In this document: positions 28,814 through 39,446 of the stretch, one piece after another
Position numbering within the stretch: the stretch's first letter is position 1
Layout of the letters: every line of letters starts with the position of its first letter
IMG/VR virus record: IMGVR_UViG_3300003690_003155
Span: 58,092 to 122,091 of that record
Source: a virus
DNA length: 64,000 nt
Reading direction: 5' to 3' (one strand)
The notes under the pieces: generated by a model
The model's database searches: none
Told to the model about the DNA's origin: nothing
The model's input: the letters and a program-made list of their open reading frames with translations, nothing else
Translations under genes and position numbers: made by a program

Positions 28814-30557
28814 GAAAATACATATAGTTTTAAGTTACAAAAATAGAAAGACTCAATTTCTTTATACATTAAAAAAATTAGATGAATTTAATTTTTTAGA
28901 TTCTAATCCAAACCGATTAACAGTCATAGTTGTTGACGACGGTAGTGATGATGATAATAGATTAGAGGATATTATAGATAATTATAATTTTAAAATAACT
29001 TTATTTAGAATAGAACCTGAACAAAAAACTTGGGAAAATTATACTTGTGTACAATATAATATAGGATTTCGCTTAATTGACGGTAATGACGATGATCTTG
29101 TAATTTTACAAAACCCTGAATGTGTACATAAAGGTAATATTTTAAAATATTCTTTAGATAATGTAACTCATAAAGATTATCTTGTATATAGTTGTATTAA
29201 CTTATTTGAAAAGCAAACTCAAAGTATACTGACAACAGATACTTGTCAGCTCGGCCCGGACCACGTCGGTCCCGAAGGATCGCGCGGATTTCTAGTAGGC
29301 GGTATTGACTGGTATGTTCATCCAAAGTGGAATCCTAGATATTTTCATTTTTGCAGTTGTATGACGTATAAAAATTTAAAAAAACTTAACGGTTTTGATA
29401 TGAGATTTATATACGGACATGCATTTGATGATGATGAATTTGCTTTAAGAATTAAGAAGTTAGGTTTAAATAGAAAAATTATTTTAGAGCCGTATGTTTG
29501 TCATTTATATCATGAAAGGAACGATCCATCACCGGATAATAAAAAACGGTGGTCTAGTCTGTTTTATAATCGAGACTTATTTGAAGGTATAAAAAAATCA
29601 GATACTGAAACTTATGCAGTTAATAAAAATACTTTATTTGGCCTACCTGACGACATTACTACTTTATTTTCTCAAGATTGGGGGTTTGATAAGATTCCTA
29701 ATTTTGAATTAGCTACAACAAAAATACCAAAAATTGCTAATTTTTATTGGGGTGGAGATAAGATGTCTTTTTTGCGCTATTTGACTCTTTTTTCTTTTGT
29801 GAAATATAATCCAGAATGGGAAGTTCGGTTATATGTACCACGTAAACCTTCGAATAGTACGGGTGATGATGGTATTCATTCTTGGAAAGATCAAGTTAAC
29901 GGTAAGGATTATTTTAAACTTTTACCGAAAGAAGTAAAAATAATTAAAGCTGATTTTGCAAACAGTTTCATAGGAGATGACGCACCTGAAGCACATAGAT
30001 CTGATCTTTTAGGGTGGCAAATATTATCTACCACAGGAGGTCTTTGGTGTGATATGGATATTTTATTTTGTAAACCAGTCATTCCAATTGATGAATCTCA
30101 GGTACTTTATTCTCACGATACATTTATATGTTTTGACGACAGAACTCAGTCAATACCTATAGGGTTCTTTTTCTCTAGTCCAAAAAACGAAGCTTTTAAA
30201 AAGGTATTACAGGCAAGTAAGAGACTTTATGATAAAAATGATTATCAATGTATAGGCACTAAAGCTATAGCTTCTGTATTTGATAGTATTGATAACTGTA
30301 AGAGTAAATTTCCTGGTTTAAACGTTGTAAATATACACTACAACACAGTATATAAGTATGATTTTTTAAATTTAGATAAATTATATAAAGAAAATAATTT
30401 CTCTCACATACTTCATAGTGGGGAGAGTGTAGGAATTCATTGGTATGGAGGTCATCCATTAAGCCAGGAATTTAATAATAAAATTAATATAGATAATTAT
30501 GATAAATTAGAACTTAATACTATTACTGCAGCAATAAAATATTTGAATATAAAATGA
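28806..30557 (+). CDS. Two-domain glycosyltransferase (GT2-like + GT32/DXD-like)
   Basis: VVDDGS, NGFD..F, DDDEF in the N-half; IPKIANFYW, HRSD, GGLWCDMD in the C-half. Confidence 0.8.
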   Translation: MNKKIHIVLSYKNRKTQFLYTLKKLDEFNFLDSNPNRLTVIVVDDGSDDDNRLEDIIDNYNFKITLFRIEPEQKTWENYTCVQYNIGFRLIDGNDDDLVILQNPECVHKGNILKYSLDNVTHKDYLVYSCINLFEKQTQSILTTDTCQLGPDHVGPEGSRGFLVGGIDWYVHPKWNPRYFHFCSCMTYKNLKKLNGFDMRFIYGHAFDDDEFALRIKKLGLNRKIILEPYVCHLYHERNDPSPDNKKRWSSLFYNRDLFEGIKKSDTETYAVNKNTLFGLPDDITTLFSQDWGFDKIPNFELATTKIPKIANFYWGGDKMSFLRYLTLFSFVKYNPEWEVRLYVPRKPSNSTGDDGIHSWKDQVNGKDYFKLLPKEVKIIKADFANSFIGDDAPEAHRSDLLGWQILSTTGGLWCDMDILFCKPVIPIDESQVLYSHDTFICFDDRTQSIPIGFFFSSPKNEAFKKVLQASKRLYDKNDYQCIGTKAIASVFDSIDNCKSKFPGLNVVNIHYNTVYKYDFLNLDKLYKENNFSHILHSGESVGIHWYGGHPLSQEFNNKINIDNYDKLELNTITAAIKYLNIK

Positions 30558-31624
30558 GTAAAAAAAATATTATAACAGTTACTGGCATTAGACCAGATTT
30601 TATACGAATGTCTGAGATATTTAGACTTTTAGATAAAGATAAAGATATCAATCATATCTTAATACATACTGGTCAACATTATGATAAATTACTATCAGAT
30701 GTTTTTTTTGATGATCTAGATATAAGACAACCGGATTATAATTTAGAAGTAGGCTCCTCCGATAAAAAGCATTATCATCAACAAGCTGAGCTCGGCCCAA
30801 AAATGATTGAAACTATAGAAAAAAATAACTTAAACCCAGATATAATATTATTCTTAGGTGATAGTAATTCCATTCTCGCATCAGTACCTCTTAAAAAAGA
30901 AGGTTATAAAATTGGTCATATCGAAGCCGCGATGAGAAGTTATGATGAAAGGATGTTAGAAGAGATTAATCGTAAAGTTTGTGACCATGTCAGTGATATA
31001 TTATTTGTATATCATGATAATTATAAGCAAAAAGCTTTAAGAGAAGGAATTCCTGAGGATAGAATACATGTAATAGGAAATACAATAGTTGAGCCTCTGC
31101 TTAAATTAGCAGAAAATACTCCTAAGAGTAACAAGCATATTCTTCTTGATATTCATCGCCCGGAGAATTTTAAATATAGAGATAGAATGGAAAAAATATT
31201 AAATTATGCTAATTCTTGTATACGTAAATTTCAAATACCAGTTAAAATGCTTTTATTTAATAGAACAATAAAAGCAATTGAGGATTATAAGTTAAATTTA
31301 GAAGATATAGAGTTAATACCGCTTATGGGATATAAGGATTTTATTAAATTTCAACAAGAATGTAAATTTATAATAAGTGATAGTGGTACTGCACAAGAAG
31401 AGCCAGCTTTATTACATATTCCCGTAATTGTACCCAGAGATGTTACTGAACGACCTGAATCGGTAGAAAATAATTGTAGTTTTATGCTATCGCTAGAGGC
31501 ACAAGATCATTTAACTACTTCTCTTAAATGGCTTGCTTCAAAAAAACCGAATTCAATAGAATGGTTAGGAGACGGTACTACTAGTCATCGTGTATTAGCG
31601 CTATTAAAGACATTTTTAAGATGA
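30554..31624 (+). CDS. wecB: UDP-N-acetylhexosamine 2-epimerase (non-hydrolysing, WecB/FnlC-like)
   Basis: GIRPDFIR, HTGQHYD, GDSNS, HIEAAMRS, EEINR, SDSGTAQEE, TERPE. Confidence 0.9.
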   Translation: MSKKNIITVTGIRPDFIRMSEIFRLLDKDKDINHILIHTGQHYDKLLSDVFFDDLDIRQPDYNLEVGSSDKKHYHQQAELGPKMIETIEKNNLNPDIILFLGDSNSILASVPLKKEGYKIGHIEAAMRSYDERMLEEINRKVCDHVSDILFVYHDNYKQKALREGIPEDRIHVIGNTIVEPLLKLAENTPKSNKHILLDIHRPENFKYRDRMEKILNYANSCIRKFQIPVKMLLFNRTIKAIEDYKLNLEDIELIPLMGYKDFIKFQQECKFIISDSGTAQEEPALLHIPVIVPRDVTERPESVENNCSFMLSLEAQDHLTTSLKWLASKKPNSIEWLGDGTTSHRVLALLKTFLR

Positions 31625-32376
31625 TAGATATTAAAGTAATAGTCCCAGGGTATAATTGTGAGCCCTGGATTCATAAAACAATTAATTCTATAAAAAATCA
31701 GACTTTTACAAATTTTAAATGTGTAATTATTGACGACACATCAACTGATAATACTCTTGAAGTAGCTGAGCAAATTATTAATAGTGATAATCGATTTAAA
31801 CTTGTACGTAATACAGAGAATAATGGTGCATTAAAAAATATTTACGACGGCATAAAAATAATTAGCGACGATGATGAAGATGTTATTATTACAGTTGATG
31901 GAGATGACTGGCTTTACGATGAAAATGTTTTTGAAAAAGTTAATGATACGTATTTAGAAAATAATTGTCTTATTACATATGGAAGCTTTATTGAATATCC
32001 TTCTAATACTACACACCCGTATTATCTAGCATCATATGATGAAAATGTAATTGAAAATAATTTATTTAGAGATGCCGACTGGAAGGCCTCTCATTTAAGA
32101 ACATTTAAAGCAAAATTATGGAATAGTATTAAGTATGAAGATTTTATTGATCCAGAAACCGGTAAATTTTACGAAACGGCATGGGATTTAGCCTTTATGA
32201 TACCGATGTTAGAAATGGCAGGAGATAGAAGTAGGCATATAAATGATATACTCTATGTATATAATAAGGAAAATCCCACAAGTGATATGTATATAAAAAC
32301 ACAATTGCAATTAAGCACTGCAGACAGGATTAGAAAAAAACCAAGATATAAAAAACAGCTATTTATTACCCCGTAG
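31621..32376 (+). CDS. Glycosyltransferase family 2
   Basis: VPGYN, IIDDTSTD, VDGDDWL, SHLRTF. Confidence 0.88.
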   Translation: MIDIKVIVPGYNCEPWIHKTINSIKNQTFTNFKCVIIDDTSTDNTLEVAEQIINSDNRFKLVRNTENNGALKNIYDGIKIISDDDEDVIITVDGDDWLYDENVFEKVNDTYLENNCLITYGSFIEYPSNTTHPYYLASYDENVIENNLFRDADWKASHLRTFKAKLWNSIKYEDFIDPETGKFYETAWDLAFMIPMLEMAGDRSRHINDILYVYNKENPTSDMYIKTQLQLSTADRIRKKPRYKKQLFITP

Positions 32377-32407
32377 TTTTTTTGAAGAGTTAATATAAAA
32401 TATTAAT

Positions 32408-33328
32408 ATGGAGAAGATATTTATAACAGGCGGCGCAGGGTACTTAGGTCGTCATTTAGTTGAACATTATTATAACGATAATGAAATTACAGTTTTCTCA
32501 AGAGATGAGGCAAAACACGTTTACTTAAAAAAGAAATTTCCTAAGATAAATTGTATTATAGGAGATATTCGTAATTTTGATTTATTAAAAAGAGCATCTA
32601 GAGATCATACTATAGGCATTTTTCCGGCGTCGATCAAACATATTGAATCTGTTGATCAAAACGTAGAAGAAGGTGTTAATATTTTGGTGAATGGAGCTAT
32701 TAATTCAAGGAGAATTGCTGAAGAAAATGAATTTAAAGCTGCTTGTTTTATTTCATCAGATAAATCACGAGCAGCGACTACGTTGTACGGTGCAATGAAA
32801 TTTATAGCAGGAGAATCATTTATCATTGACGCAGAACAGTCGAAAGTTAAATTATCTACTGCTATCTATGGTAATGTTTTAAATTCGACTGGTAGTATCA
32901 TTCCGTTAATATGGGATTCTATAAAAAATAAGTATTCATTAACTTTATATTCTGAACAAATGACCCGGTATATGATTGATATACAGCAAGCTGTTACTTT
33001 AGTAACATTAGGACTTAAAACAACTGGATATAATGTAATACCAAATTTACAAGCATTTAAAGTAAAGGATTTATTTGAAATATATGCTGATAGATTTGGA
33101 CTAAAATACACATTAGGCAGTCCACGTATATCAGAAAAGTTACATGAAATGATGGTCGCTAACGAAGAGGTATCTCGAACTTATTATAATCCTGAGGAAG
33201 ATACTTTTTATATGCATTATAAAGATATAACTAAATCCCCAATAAAGGACGAAATGACGAGTGATAAAGTAACAGTATCAAAAGAAAATTTATTAAAACG
33301 TCTAGAAAATTATGATTACTTTAAATAA
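32408..33328 (+). CDS. UDP-GlcNAc 4,6-dehydratase (FnlA/PseB/CapD-like)
   Basis: ITGGAGYLG, FSRDEAK, GDIR, SSDK, YGAMK, YGNVLNSTGSIIP, EKLHE. Confidence 0.88.
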   Translation: MEKIFITGGAGYLGRHLVEHYYNDNEITVFSRDEAKHVYLKKKFPKINCIIGDIRNFDLLKRASRDHTIGIFPASIKHIESVDQNVEEGVNILVNGAINSRRIAEENEFKAACFISSDKSRAATTLYGAMKFIAGESFIIDAEQSKVKLSTAIYGNVLNSTGSIIPLIWDSIKNKYSLTLYSEQMTRYMIDIQQAVTLVTLGLKTTGYNVIPNLQAFKVKDLFEIYADRFGLKYTLGSPRISEKLHEMMVANEEVSRTYYNPEEDTFYMHYKDITKSPIKDEMTSDKVTVSKENLLKRLENYDYFK

Positions 33329-33331
33329 ACT

Positions 33332-34177
33332 ATGAAAGTATATGTTTTAGGCTCTAATGGAATGTTAGGTAAATATGTTTCTACATATCTATCTAAACTA
33401 TATTCGGTTATTAATGTTACTCGAGATAAGTTGGATATCGAATCTGCAATGGAAGGTGACATTAAGACTTTTTTTAAAAGGCATTGGTGGGATGAGCAGG
33501 AATTCCCAGGAATTAGTATTGAAAAGGGAGATGTTATTGTAAACTGTATCGGTTTAATAAAACCTTTAATCGATAGTTCAAATACAGTAGCAGCTATTAA
33601 AATTAATTCTTTATTTCCTTATATACTCTCTGAAATTGGCGAACGTCATTCTGCTAATGTTATACATATTACCACTGATTGTGTGTGGTCAGGTAAAGAA
33701 GGAAATTATAACGAAGACTCTCCTCACGATGCTCTTGATGTATATGGTAAAACAAAGTCATTGGGTGAACCCACTAATTGTACAGTTATTCGAACTTCAA
33801 TTATAGGAGAAGAAATCAATAATAATCGATCTTTAGTAGAATGGATAAGATCTAGAAAAGACAAAGATGCAAATGGTTTCTTAAATCATATATGGAATGG
33901 TGTTACATGCTTAGAGCTTGCTAAATGTATAGAGCATATTATTAGAAATAATAGTTACTGGAAAGGCGTTAGACATATTTTTTCTCCCGCTAGTGTAACT
34001 AAAGCTATATTATTAAAATTAATTAACGACATTTATAATTTTAATATTACTATTAATAATATAGATGCTGCGATTGCTTGTGATAGGAGTTTAAGTACTA
34101 AGTTTGCTGGAACAATCGACTATGATATATTAGAGTTAGAGGATCAAATAAAAGAAATGAAAGAATTTAAATTATGA
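33332..34177 (+). CDS. RmlD-like NDP-4-keto-6-deoxyhexose reductase
   Basis: GSNGMLG, NCIG, HITTDCV, YGKTKSLGE, RTSIIG. Confidence 0.88.
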   Translation: MKVYVLGSNGMLGKYVSTYLSKLYSVINVTRDKLDIESAMEGDIKTFFKRHWWDEQEFPGISIEKGDVIVNCIGLIKPLIDSSNTVAAIKINSLFPYILSEIGERHSANVIHITTDCVWSGKEGNYNEDSPHDALDVYGKTKSLGEPTNCTVIRTSIIGEEINNNRSLVEWIRSRKDKDANGFLNHIWNGVTCLELAKCIEHIIRNNSYWKGVRHIFSPASVTKAILLKLINDIYNFNITINNIDAAIACDRSLSTKFAGTIDYDILELEDQIKEMKEFKL

Positions 34178-34587
34178 GGCAAATATTTTCTAAAGTAGAA
34201 AAGGGTAAATTGTTACATCGCATAACTTGTAAAGATGATGTAACTCCGGGTAGAACTGATCTAGCTAGTGAAAAAGAATTTTTACAATGTGCTGCATTAA
34301 ATCTACCAAAAGGTAAAACGTTTAGACCTCATAAGCATCTTTATAAAGATGGTGAAGATAAAGCTATTGCTCAAGAGTCTTGGGTAATTATAAAAGGAAA
34401 AGCTAAATTTGTTATGTATGACTTAGATGATCAAGTTATTGCAGAAGAAACATTAAATGAAGGAGATATGTCTATGACATTTTACGGTGGTCATACATAT
34501 GAAGTCTTAGAGGAAGGTACTATAGTGTACGAATTTAAAACTGGTCCTTATTACGGTCAAAAAATAGATAAAGTTTTTTTAGATTAA
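34174..34587 (+). CDS. Cupin-fold protein (WbuC-like)
   Basis: PHKH...QE...GGH...EFKTGPY cupin motifs. Confidence 0.75.
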   Translation: MRQIFSKVEKGKLLHRITCKDDVTPGRTDLASEKEFLQCAALNLPKGKTFRPHKHLYKDGEDKAIAQESWVIIKGKAKFVMYDLDDQVIAEETLNEGDMSMTFYGGHTYEVLEEGTIVYEFKTGPYYGQKIDKVFLD

Positions 34588-34590
34588 TTA

Positions 34591-35205
34591 ATGAAGCGAC
34601 AATTTCCAAAAGAGTGGGTTGATATTGTAAGTGAACGATATTTTAAATATATTGCTGAGAATCGTCCTGTTAATTATAATTATTTTCGATCTCCTGGTGC
34701 ATATGAACTTCGATATGCAAGAGATGGTTTTACTGAAAAAGAAATAGCGTATTATAATGAAATATTACATCCACCTAATATTGCTATTTTAGAGCATATT
34801 GTTGATCACTATGAACAATATGAAGGTTTGCAGTTTTTAGACAATGGTTGTGGGTTCGGTGTGTTATCGATTTTTTTAAAAAAAATAGGAATTAGTTGCT
34901 ACAATTATGATACTTTAGATCAAATTGGATTTCTACCTACTTTTGAACCAGTAATAACAGAGAATGTACCACTGGATGTTAATGTTATTGTATCTAGCGG
35001 TATGTATATTAATAATTTAGACTATCTTAAATTATCTGATTTAAAATATTTAATGATCGATAAAGATTGGAAAGCTCGATCCACAACTTTCTCAGCCACT
35101 GGGAATAAAATTGCTTTTATAAACATTGTACCTAATTTAATTGAAAAATTTAATTTAAAACGACTTGAAAAAGTAAGAGACACAGTTATAATTTATGGAA
35201 AATGA
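34591..35205 (+). CDS. Putative class I SAM-dependent methyltransferase
   Basis: FLDNGCGFG motif I. Confidence 0.6.
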   Translation: MKRQFPKEWVDIVSERYFKYIAENRPVNYNYFRSPGAYELRYARDGFTEKEIAYYNEILHPPNIAILEHIVDHYEQYEGLQFLDNGCGFGVLSIFLKKIGISCYNYDTLDQIGFLPTFEPVITENVPLDVNVIVSSGMYINNLDYLKLSDLKYLMIDKDWKARSTTFSATGNKIAFINIVPNLIEKFNLKRLEKVRDTVIIYGK

Positions 35206-35792
35206 ATTTTGATGTAGTTAAACGGTTTGAAGATCGAGTGGCTGATTTCTTTGGTGCGCCATATGGAGTTTCTATAGACTGCTGTACACATGGACTTGAG
35301 TTATGTCTTAGACATACAAAGGCTACACTAATAACAGTCCCAAAACGTACGTATATATCAATACCTTTTTTAGCTGATAAGCTTAATATACAGTTAAAAT
35401 GGAAGGATGAGAAATGGAGTGATTTTTATTATTTAACTAATAATATTATAGATGCAGCAGTACTATGGAAGCGTAATAGTTATATTGCTGGTACATATAT
35501 GTGTATTAGTTTTCAATTTCAAAAGCATTTAAGCCTGGGAAGAGGTGGTATTATTTTAACAGATAATAAAGTAGCGTCTGAACAACTTAAAAAAATGTCA
35601 TATGATGGTAGAGTATCTGATATTCCGTGGCGACAACAAAATATTAGTACAATAGGGTATCATTATTATATGACACCAGAAATTGCATTGAAAGGGGTAG
35701 ATAAGTTACCTTATGCTATTAATACTACACCCAGGAAATGGGTAATATCTGATTATCCAGATTTAACGGAACTGGATATTTTTAAAAAATGA
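35202..35792 (+). CDS. Short DegT/DnrJ/EryC1/StrS-family PLP aminotransferase
   Basis: CCTHGLEL, IDAA, SFQFQKHL (PLP lysine), GRGG, GYHYYM; only 196 aa. Confidence 0.8.
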   Translation: MNFDVVKRFEDRVADFFGAPYGVSIDCCTHGLELCLRHTKATLITVPKRTYISIPFLADKLNIQLKWKDEKWSDFYYLTNNIIDAAVLWKRNSYIAGTYMCISFQFQKHLSLGRGGIILTDNKVASEQLKKMSYDGRVSDIPWRQQNISTIGYHYYMTPEIALKGVDKLPYAINTTPRKWVISDYPDLTELDIFKK

Positions 35793-36772
35793 AAAAGAAA
35801 GCATTTATAACAGGAATCAATGGACAGGATGGCAGTTATCTCGCGGAATATTTACTTGAGAATGATTATAAAGTATATGGTATAGTGAGAAGGAATTCAG
35901 TCCCGGAGCATCAAGAATCTAGAGTTGATGATTTATATAAAAATGGATTAATTGATACTGAATATGGAGATTTGCTTGATGTGTGTTCACTAGAAAGAGT
36001 TATTAAATCGGTTCAACCAGATGAAATTTATAATCTCGGAGCCCAGAGTCATGTAAGAATTAGTTTTGATGTTCCTCAATTTACAGTTAGTACAAATGCG
36101 TTAGGGGTTTTAAATTTATTAGAAGTATATAGACAGAATTGCCCTACCGCTAAATTTTATCAAGCTAGTTCATCTGAAATGTTCGGTACAAGTGTTGATG
36201 AAGATAATTTTCAAAGAGAGAATACTCCTATGAACCCAACCAGCCCGTATGGTTGTGCTAAAGTATTCGGTTATAACATAGTGCGTAATTACCGTAGAGG
36301 GTATAAATTGTTTGCTACCAATGGTATTTTGTTTAACCATGAGTCACCTCGTCGTGGATCCAATTTTGTAACGAATAAAGTAGTAAAGGCTGCTGTTAGA
36401 ATCAAAGCCGGGTTACAAGAAGGATTAGAATTAGGTAATATGGATTCATATAGAGATTGGGGTCATTCTAAAGATTATGTAAGAGCAATGCACATGATAT
36501 TGCAGCACTCTGAGCCAGATGATTTTGTAATATCTACAGGTAAGACACATTCTATTAGAGAGTTATGTGAATATGTGTTTAGTAATCTTGATCTTGACTA
36601 TAAAAAATACGTAAAACAAAATCCTAAATATATGCGCCCAGAAGAATTAAAATATTTGCGGGGCGATTCCTCTAAAGCACGCTCAGTATTAAAATGGGAA
36701 CCAAAATATACGTTTGAAACGTTATTAGATGATATGATCCAGCATTGGAAATCTATATACAATGTGGACTAA
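35789..36772 (+). CDS. gmd: GDP-mannose 4,6-dehydratase
   Basis: ITGINGQDGSYLAE, AQSHV, YQASSSEMFG, SPYGCAK, FNHESPRRG, RDWGH. Confidence 0.96.
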   Translation: MKKKAFITGINGQDGSYLAEYLLENDYKVYGIVRRNSVPEHQESRVDDLYKNGLIDTEYGDLLDVCSLERVIKSVQPDEIYNLGAQSHVRISFDVPQFTVSTNALGVLNLLEVYRQNCPTAKFYQASSSEMFGTSVDEDNFQRENTPMNPTSPYGCAKVFGYNIVRNYRRGYKLFATNGILFNHESPRRGSNFVTNKVVKAAVRIKAGLQEGLELGNMDSYRDWGHSKDYVRAMHMILQHSEPDDFVISTGKTHSIRELCEYVFSNLDLDYKKYVKQNPKYMRPEELKYLRGDSSKARSVLKWEPKYTFETLLDDMIQHWKSIYNVD

Positions 36773-37623
36773 TGAATAACGATGTCGTAAGTATAAATTT
36801 CTTCAATAAGCATGTAGGTAGGTTTAAATATGTAAATGATCATTGGCCGCAACCAAGTATTAATTATATTAACCCACCGGTATTAGAGTGGGAAGGGGTT
36901 AGTGTTTTTTCTGATGAGCAATGTTTTACAGATCTACCTATTAAAGTAAAAAGTAAATATAAAGTAGCATGGGCGCTGGAGAGCCCGGTTGTTAGGCCAC
37001 AAATATATAATAATTGTACGGAATTAATTGATATATTTGATAAAATTTATATTTGTAATCCTGAATTTTATGAAAATCATTCAAAAATTGAGAAACTGGA
37101 ATTTGGTGCGTGTTTTATTTGGGAATCTCATTGCCGTGTTTACCCTAAAAATAAATTATTATCAATAGTTGCTTCAAAAAAGAAATATGCACCTGGACAC
37201 AAACTTAGACATAAAATTATAAATGACAAAATACACCCAGAATTAGAGTTATGGGGGTCAGGGTATAGGCCGTATGATGAAGAGCCCGATAGTACGGTAT
37301 TACCATTTAAAGATTATATGTATACAATTGCTATTGAGAATTGTGTATATCCTGGCTATTTTACAGATAAAATAATCGATTGTTTTGCAACCGGCTGTAT
37401 TCCAATATACCAGGGATGTCCTTTAATGGATCAACGGTTTGATAAAAGAGGATTTTATACATTTAACACTATCTCTGAATTAAAAAACATATTAGATAAA
37501 ATTAGCTCCGAAGATTATTATAGTAAATTGGAGTACGTAAAAGAAAATTATAAATTATTTAAGAAGTATGCTTCTCCTGATTTAAATTTAGTTAATGTAT
37601 TAAAAAAAGATGGCTTCCTATGA
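36772..37623 (+). CDS. GT10-like (fucosyltransferase-like) glycosyltransferase
   Basis: YTIAIEN...YFTDKIIDCFATGCIPIY.G. Confidence 0.75.
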   Translation: MNNDVVSINFFNKHVGRFKYVNDHWPQPSINYINPPVLEWEGVSVFSDEQCFTDLPIKVKSKYKVAWALESPVVRPQIYNNCTELIDIFDKIYICNPEFYENHSKIEKLEFGACFIWESHCRVYPKNKLLSIVASKKKYAPGHKLRHKIINDKIHPELELWGSGYRPYDEEPDSTVLPFKDYMYTIAIENCVYPGYFTDKIIDCFATGCIPIYQGCPLMDQRFDKRGFYTFNTISELKNILDKISSEDYYSKLEYVKENYKLFKKYASPDLNLVNVLKKDGFL

Positions 37624-38759
37624 GAAAAAAAGTTTTAGCGGCGGGATTTTTTGATTTATTTCATAGCGGTCATGTTAGATATTTTGAAAGTTGTTCGAAA
37701 TACGGAGATGTATATGTTTCTATAGGTACAGACGAAAATAGTATTTTTATTAAAAATAAAAAACCTATTTATATAGAAGATGAAAGGTTATATTTAGTAA
37801 AGAGCTGTAAGTTTGTAAAGGAAGCAAAGCTTAGCTATAATAGTATAGGTAAATGTTCGTTTAAAAGTTATTTACAAGAATTAAAACCAGATTATTTTAT
37901 AATTAATGAAGACAGTCATACTATAGAGAAGGAAAATCTATGCCGAGATTATAATGCTGAATATATAGTTTTAAAGAGAGAGCCTAGGGATGGATTACCA
38001 GCACGGTCTAGTACATTAATTAGAGATATAGATCGTATACCATTAAGATTAGATCTTGTTGGTTTTTATGATCAGTTATTTTTCAATTCTGTAGTACCGG
38101 GATCCGTTATATTAGCTAATATACAACCATTTCATGTAGAGGATAGAAGTGGTATGTCATCTTCTACAAGAAAAGTAATACATAAATTTTTTGGAAGTAC
38201 CCTACCAAGTAATATTGATAAATTAGATTTAGCAAGAGGTATATTTGCAATTGAGAACCCGCCAGGATCGCAATATATTTCAGGAGTTGTTGATCAACTT
38301 GGCATATGTTTACCGGGTATAAATAGATTATTTTTTGATAATAATTATTGGCCATATAAAATAGAATCTATTATTGATGAAGATATAATTCGCTGGCTTC
38401 AATCGCATGTTTTTTTAAAGAAAACTAAACCAAGACCTAAGAATTATGAAGTAATTACAGGTGTAGAAAATTTTAATAGAAAAACTATACAAGTTCAAGC
38501 TAATTTAGGAGATATAATATGGAATAGTATACAAAATAAAGATTTAAATTCCTTAGGTATTGGAATTAACTCTGTTCATGAAAACCAAAAGTCGATTATA
38601 CCTGGGTATGAAAGTAAATATATTAGAGATATTATAATGGATACTTTAAAACATCATATCGGATGTAAAATTATGGGTGCTGGAGGTTATGGTTACGTGA
38701 TGGTAGTAACAGATAGTCCTACTCCAGACTTAATGCCTGTTATTTTAAATGAAAAATAA
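37620..38759 (+). CDS. Cytidylyl/adenylyltransferase fused to GHMP-kinase-like domain
   Basis: FDLFHSGH (HxGH), RSST; then IPLRLDL, SGMSSST, GCKIMGAGGYGY. Confidence 0.8.
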   Translation: MRKKVLAAGFFDLFHSGHVRYFESCSKYGDVYVSIGTDENSIFIKNKKPIYIEDERLYLVKSCKFVKEAKLSYNSIGKCSFKSYLQELKPDYFIINEDSHTIEKENLCRDYNAEYIVLKREPRDGLPARSSTLIRDIDRIPLRLDLVGFYDQLFFNSVVPGSVILANIQPFHVEDRSGMSSSTRKVIHKFFGSTLPSNIDKLDLARGIFAIENPPGSQYISGVVDQLGICLPGINRLFFDNNYWPYKIESIIDEDIIRWLQSHVFLKKTKPRPKNYEVITGVENFNRKTIQVQANLGDIIWNSIQNKDLNSLGIGINSVHENQKSIIPGYESKYIRDIIMDTLKHHIGCKIMGAGGYGYVMVVTDSPTPDLMPVILNEK

Positions 38760-38762
38760 TAT

Positions 38763-39446
38763 ATGAAAATTTGTGCAACAATACCAATTAAAAGTAATTC
38801 TACTAGAGTAAAGGATAAAAATTTTAAGCTATTAGGCGGCAAGCCTCTTTATCAATATATTATAGATCATTGTATAGACGCAGGATGTTTTGATAGTATA
38901 TATGTTGACACAGATAGCGAAGCTATAAAGCATTATTGTTTTAATAATAAAGTAAAATGGATAGAAAGAGAACCAAAACTTACTTTAGACACAGCAAACG
39001 GGAATGATGTATTTCACTATGATATAAAAACAATAAATTCTTATGATTTTTACTTTCAATTATACGCAACTGCACCGTTTCTTAAGTCAGAGACTATTAA
39101 ATCGTGTGTAGATAAGCTAACTCATACAACAAAGTATGATTCTATATTAACAGCTACAGAAGAATATGGGTGGCATTGGTTTCAAAATCAGCCAGTTAAT
39201 TATCAACCTAATATTTTACCTAGATCACAAGATGCTCCGCCAGTGATTAAAGAAACAACAGGATTGTATGGTATTTCTAAAAGCGCCTATGATAGATTTA
39301 GATGTAGGGTCGGTGCCACTCCATATTTTTATATAATAAACGATAGAATGGAGTGTATTGATTTAGATACATATGAGGATTTTGTTATTGCTGAGCGATA
39401 TGCTAATCAATTAAAGCCTAACGCATATATTCATGACGATGAATGA
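38763..39446 (+). CDS. Acylneuraminate/KDO cytidylyltransferase family protein
   Basis: IPIKSNSTRVKDKN, VDTDS, TAPF, PRSQD, IDLDTYEDF. Confidence 0.85.
   Translation: MKICATIPIKSNSTRVKDKNFKLLGGKPLYQYIIDHCIDAGCFDSIYVDTDSEAIKHYCFNNKVKWIEREPKLTLDTANGNDVFHYDIKTINSYDFYFQLYATAPFLKSETIKSCVDKLTHTTKYDSILTATEEYGWHWFQNQPVNYQPNILPRSQDAPPVIKETTGLYGISKSAYDRFRCRVGATPYFYIINDRMECIDLDTYEDFVIAERYANQLKPNAYIHDDE

Noticed and set aside
35202-35792. DegT gene as a pseudogene
   Set aside because: Catalytic residues kept, coupled overlaps on both sides, no leftover C-terminal fragment downstream
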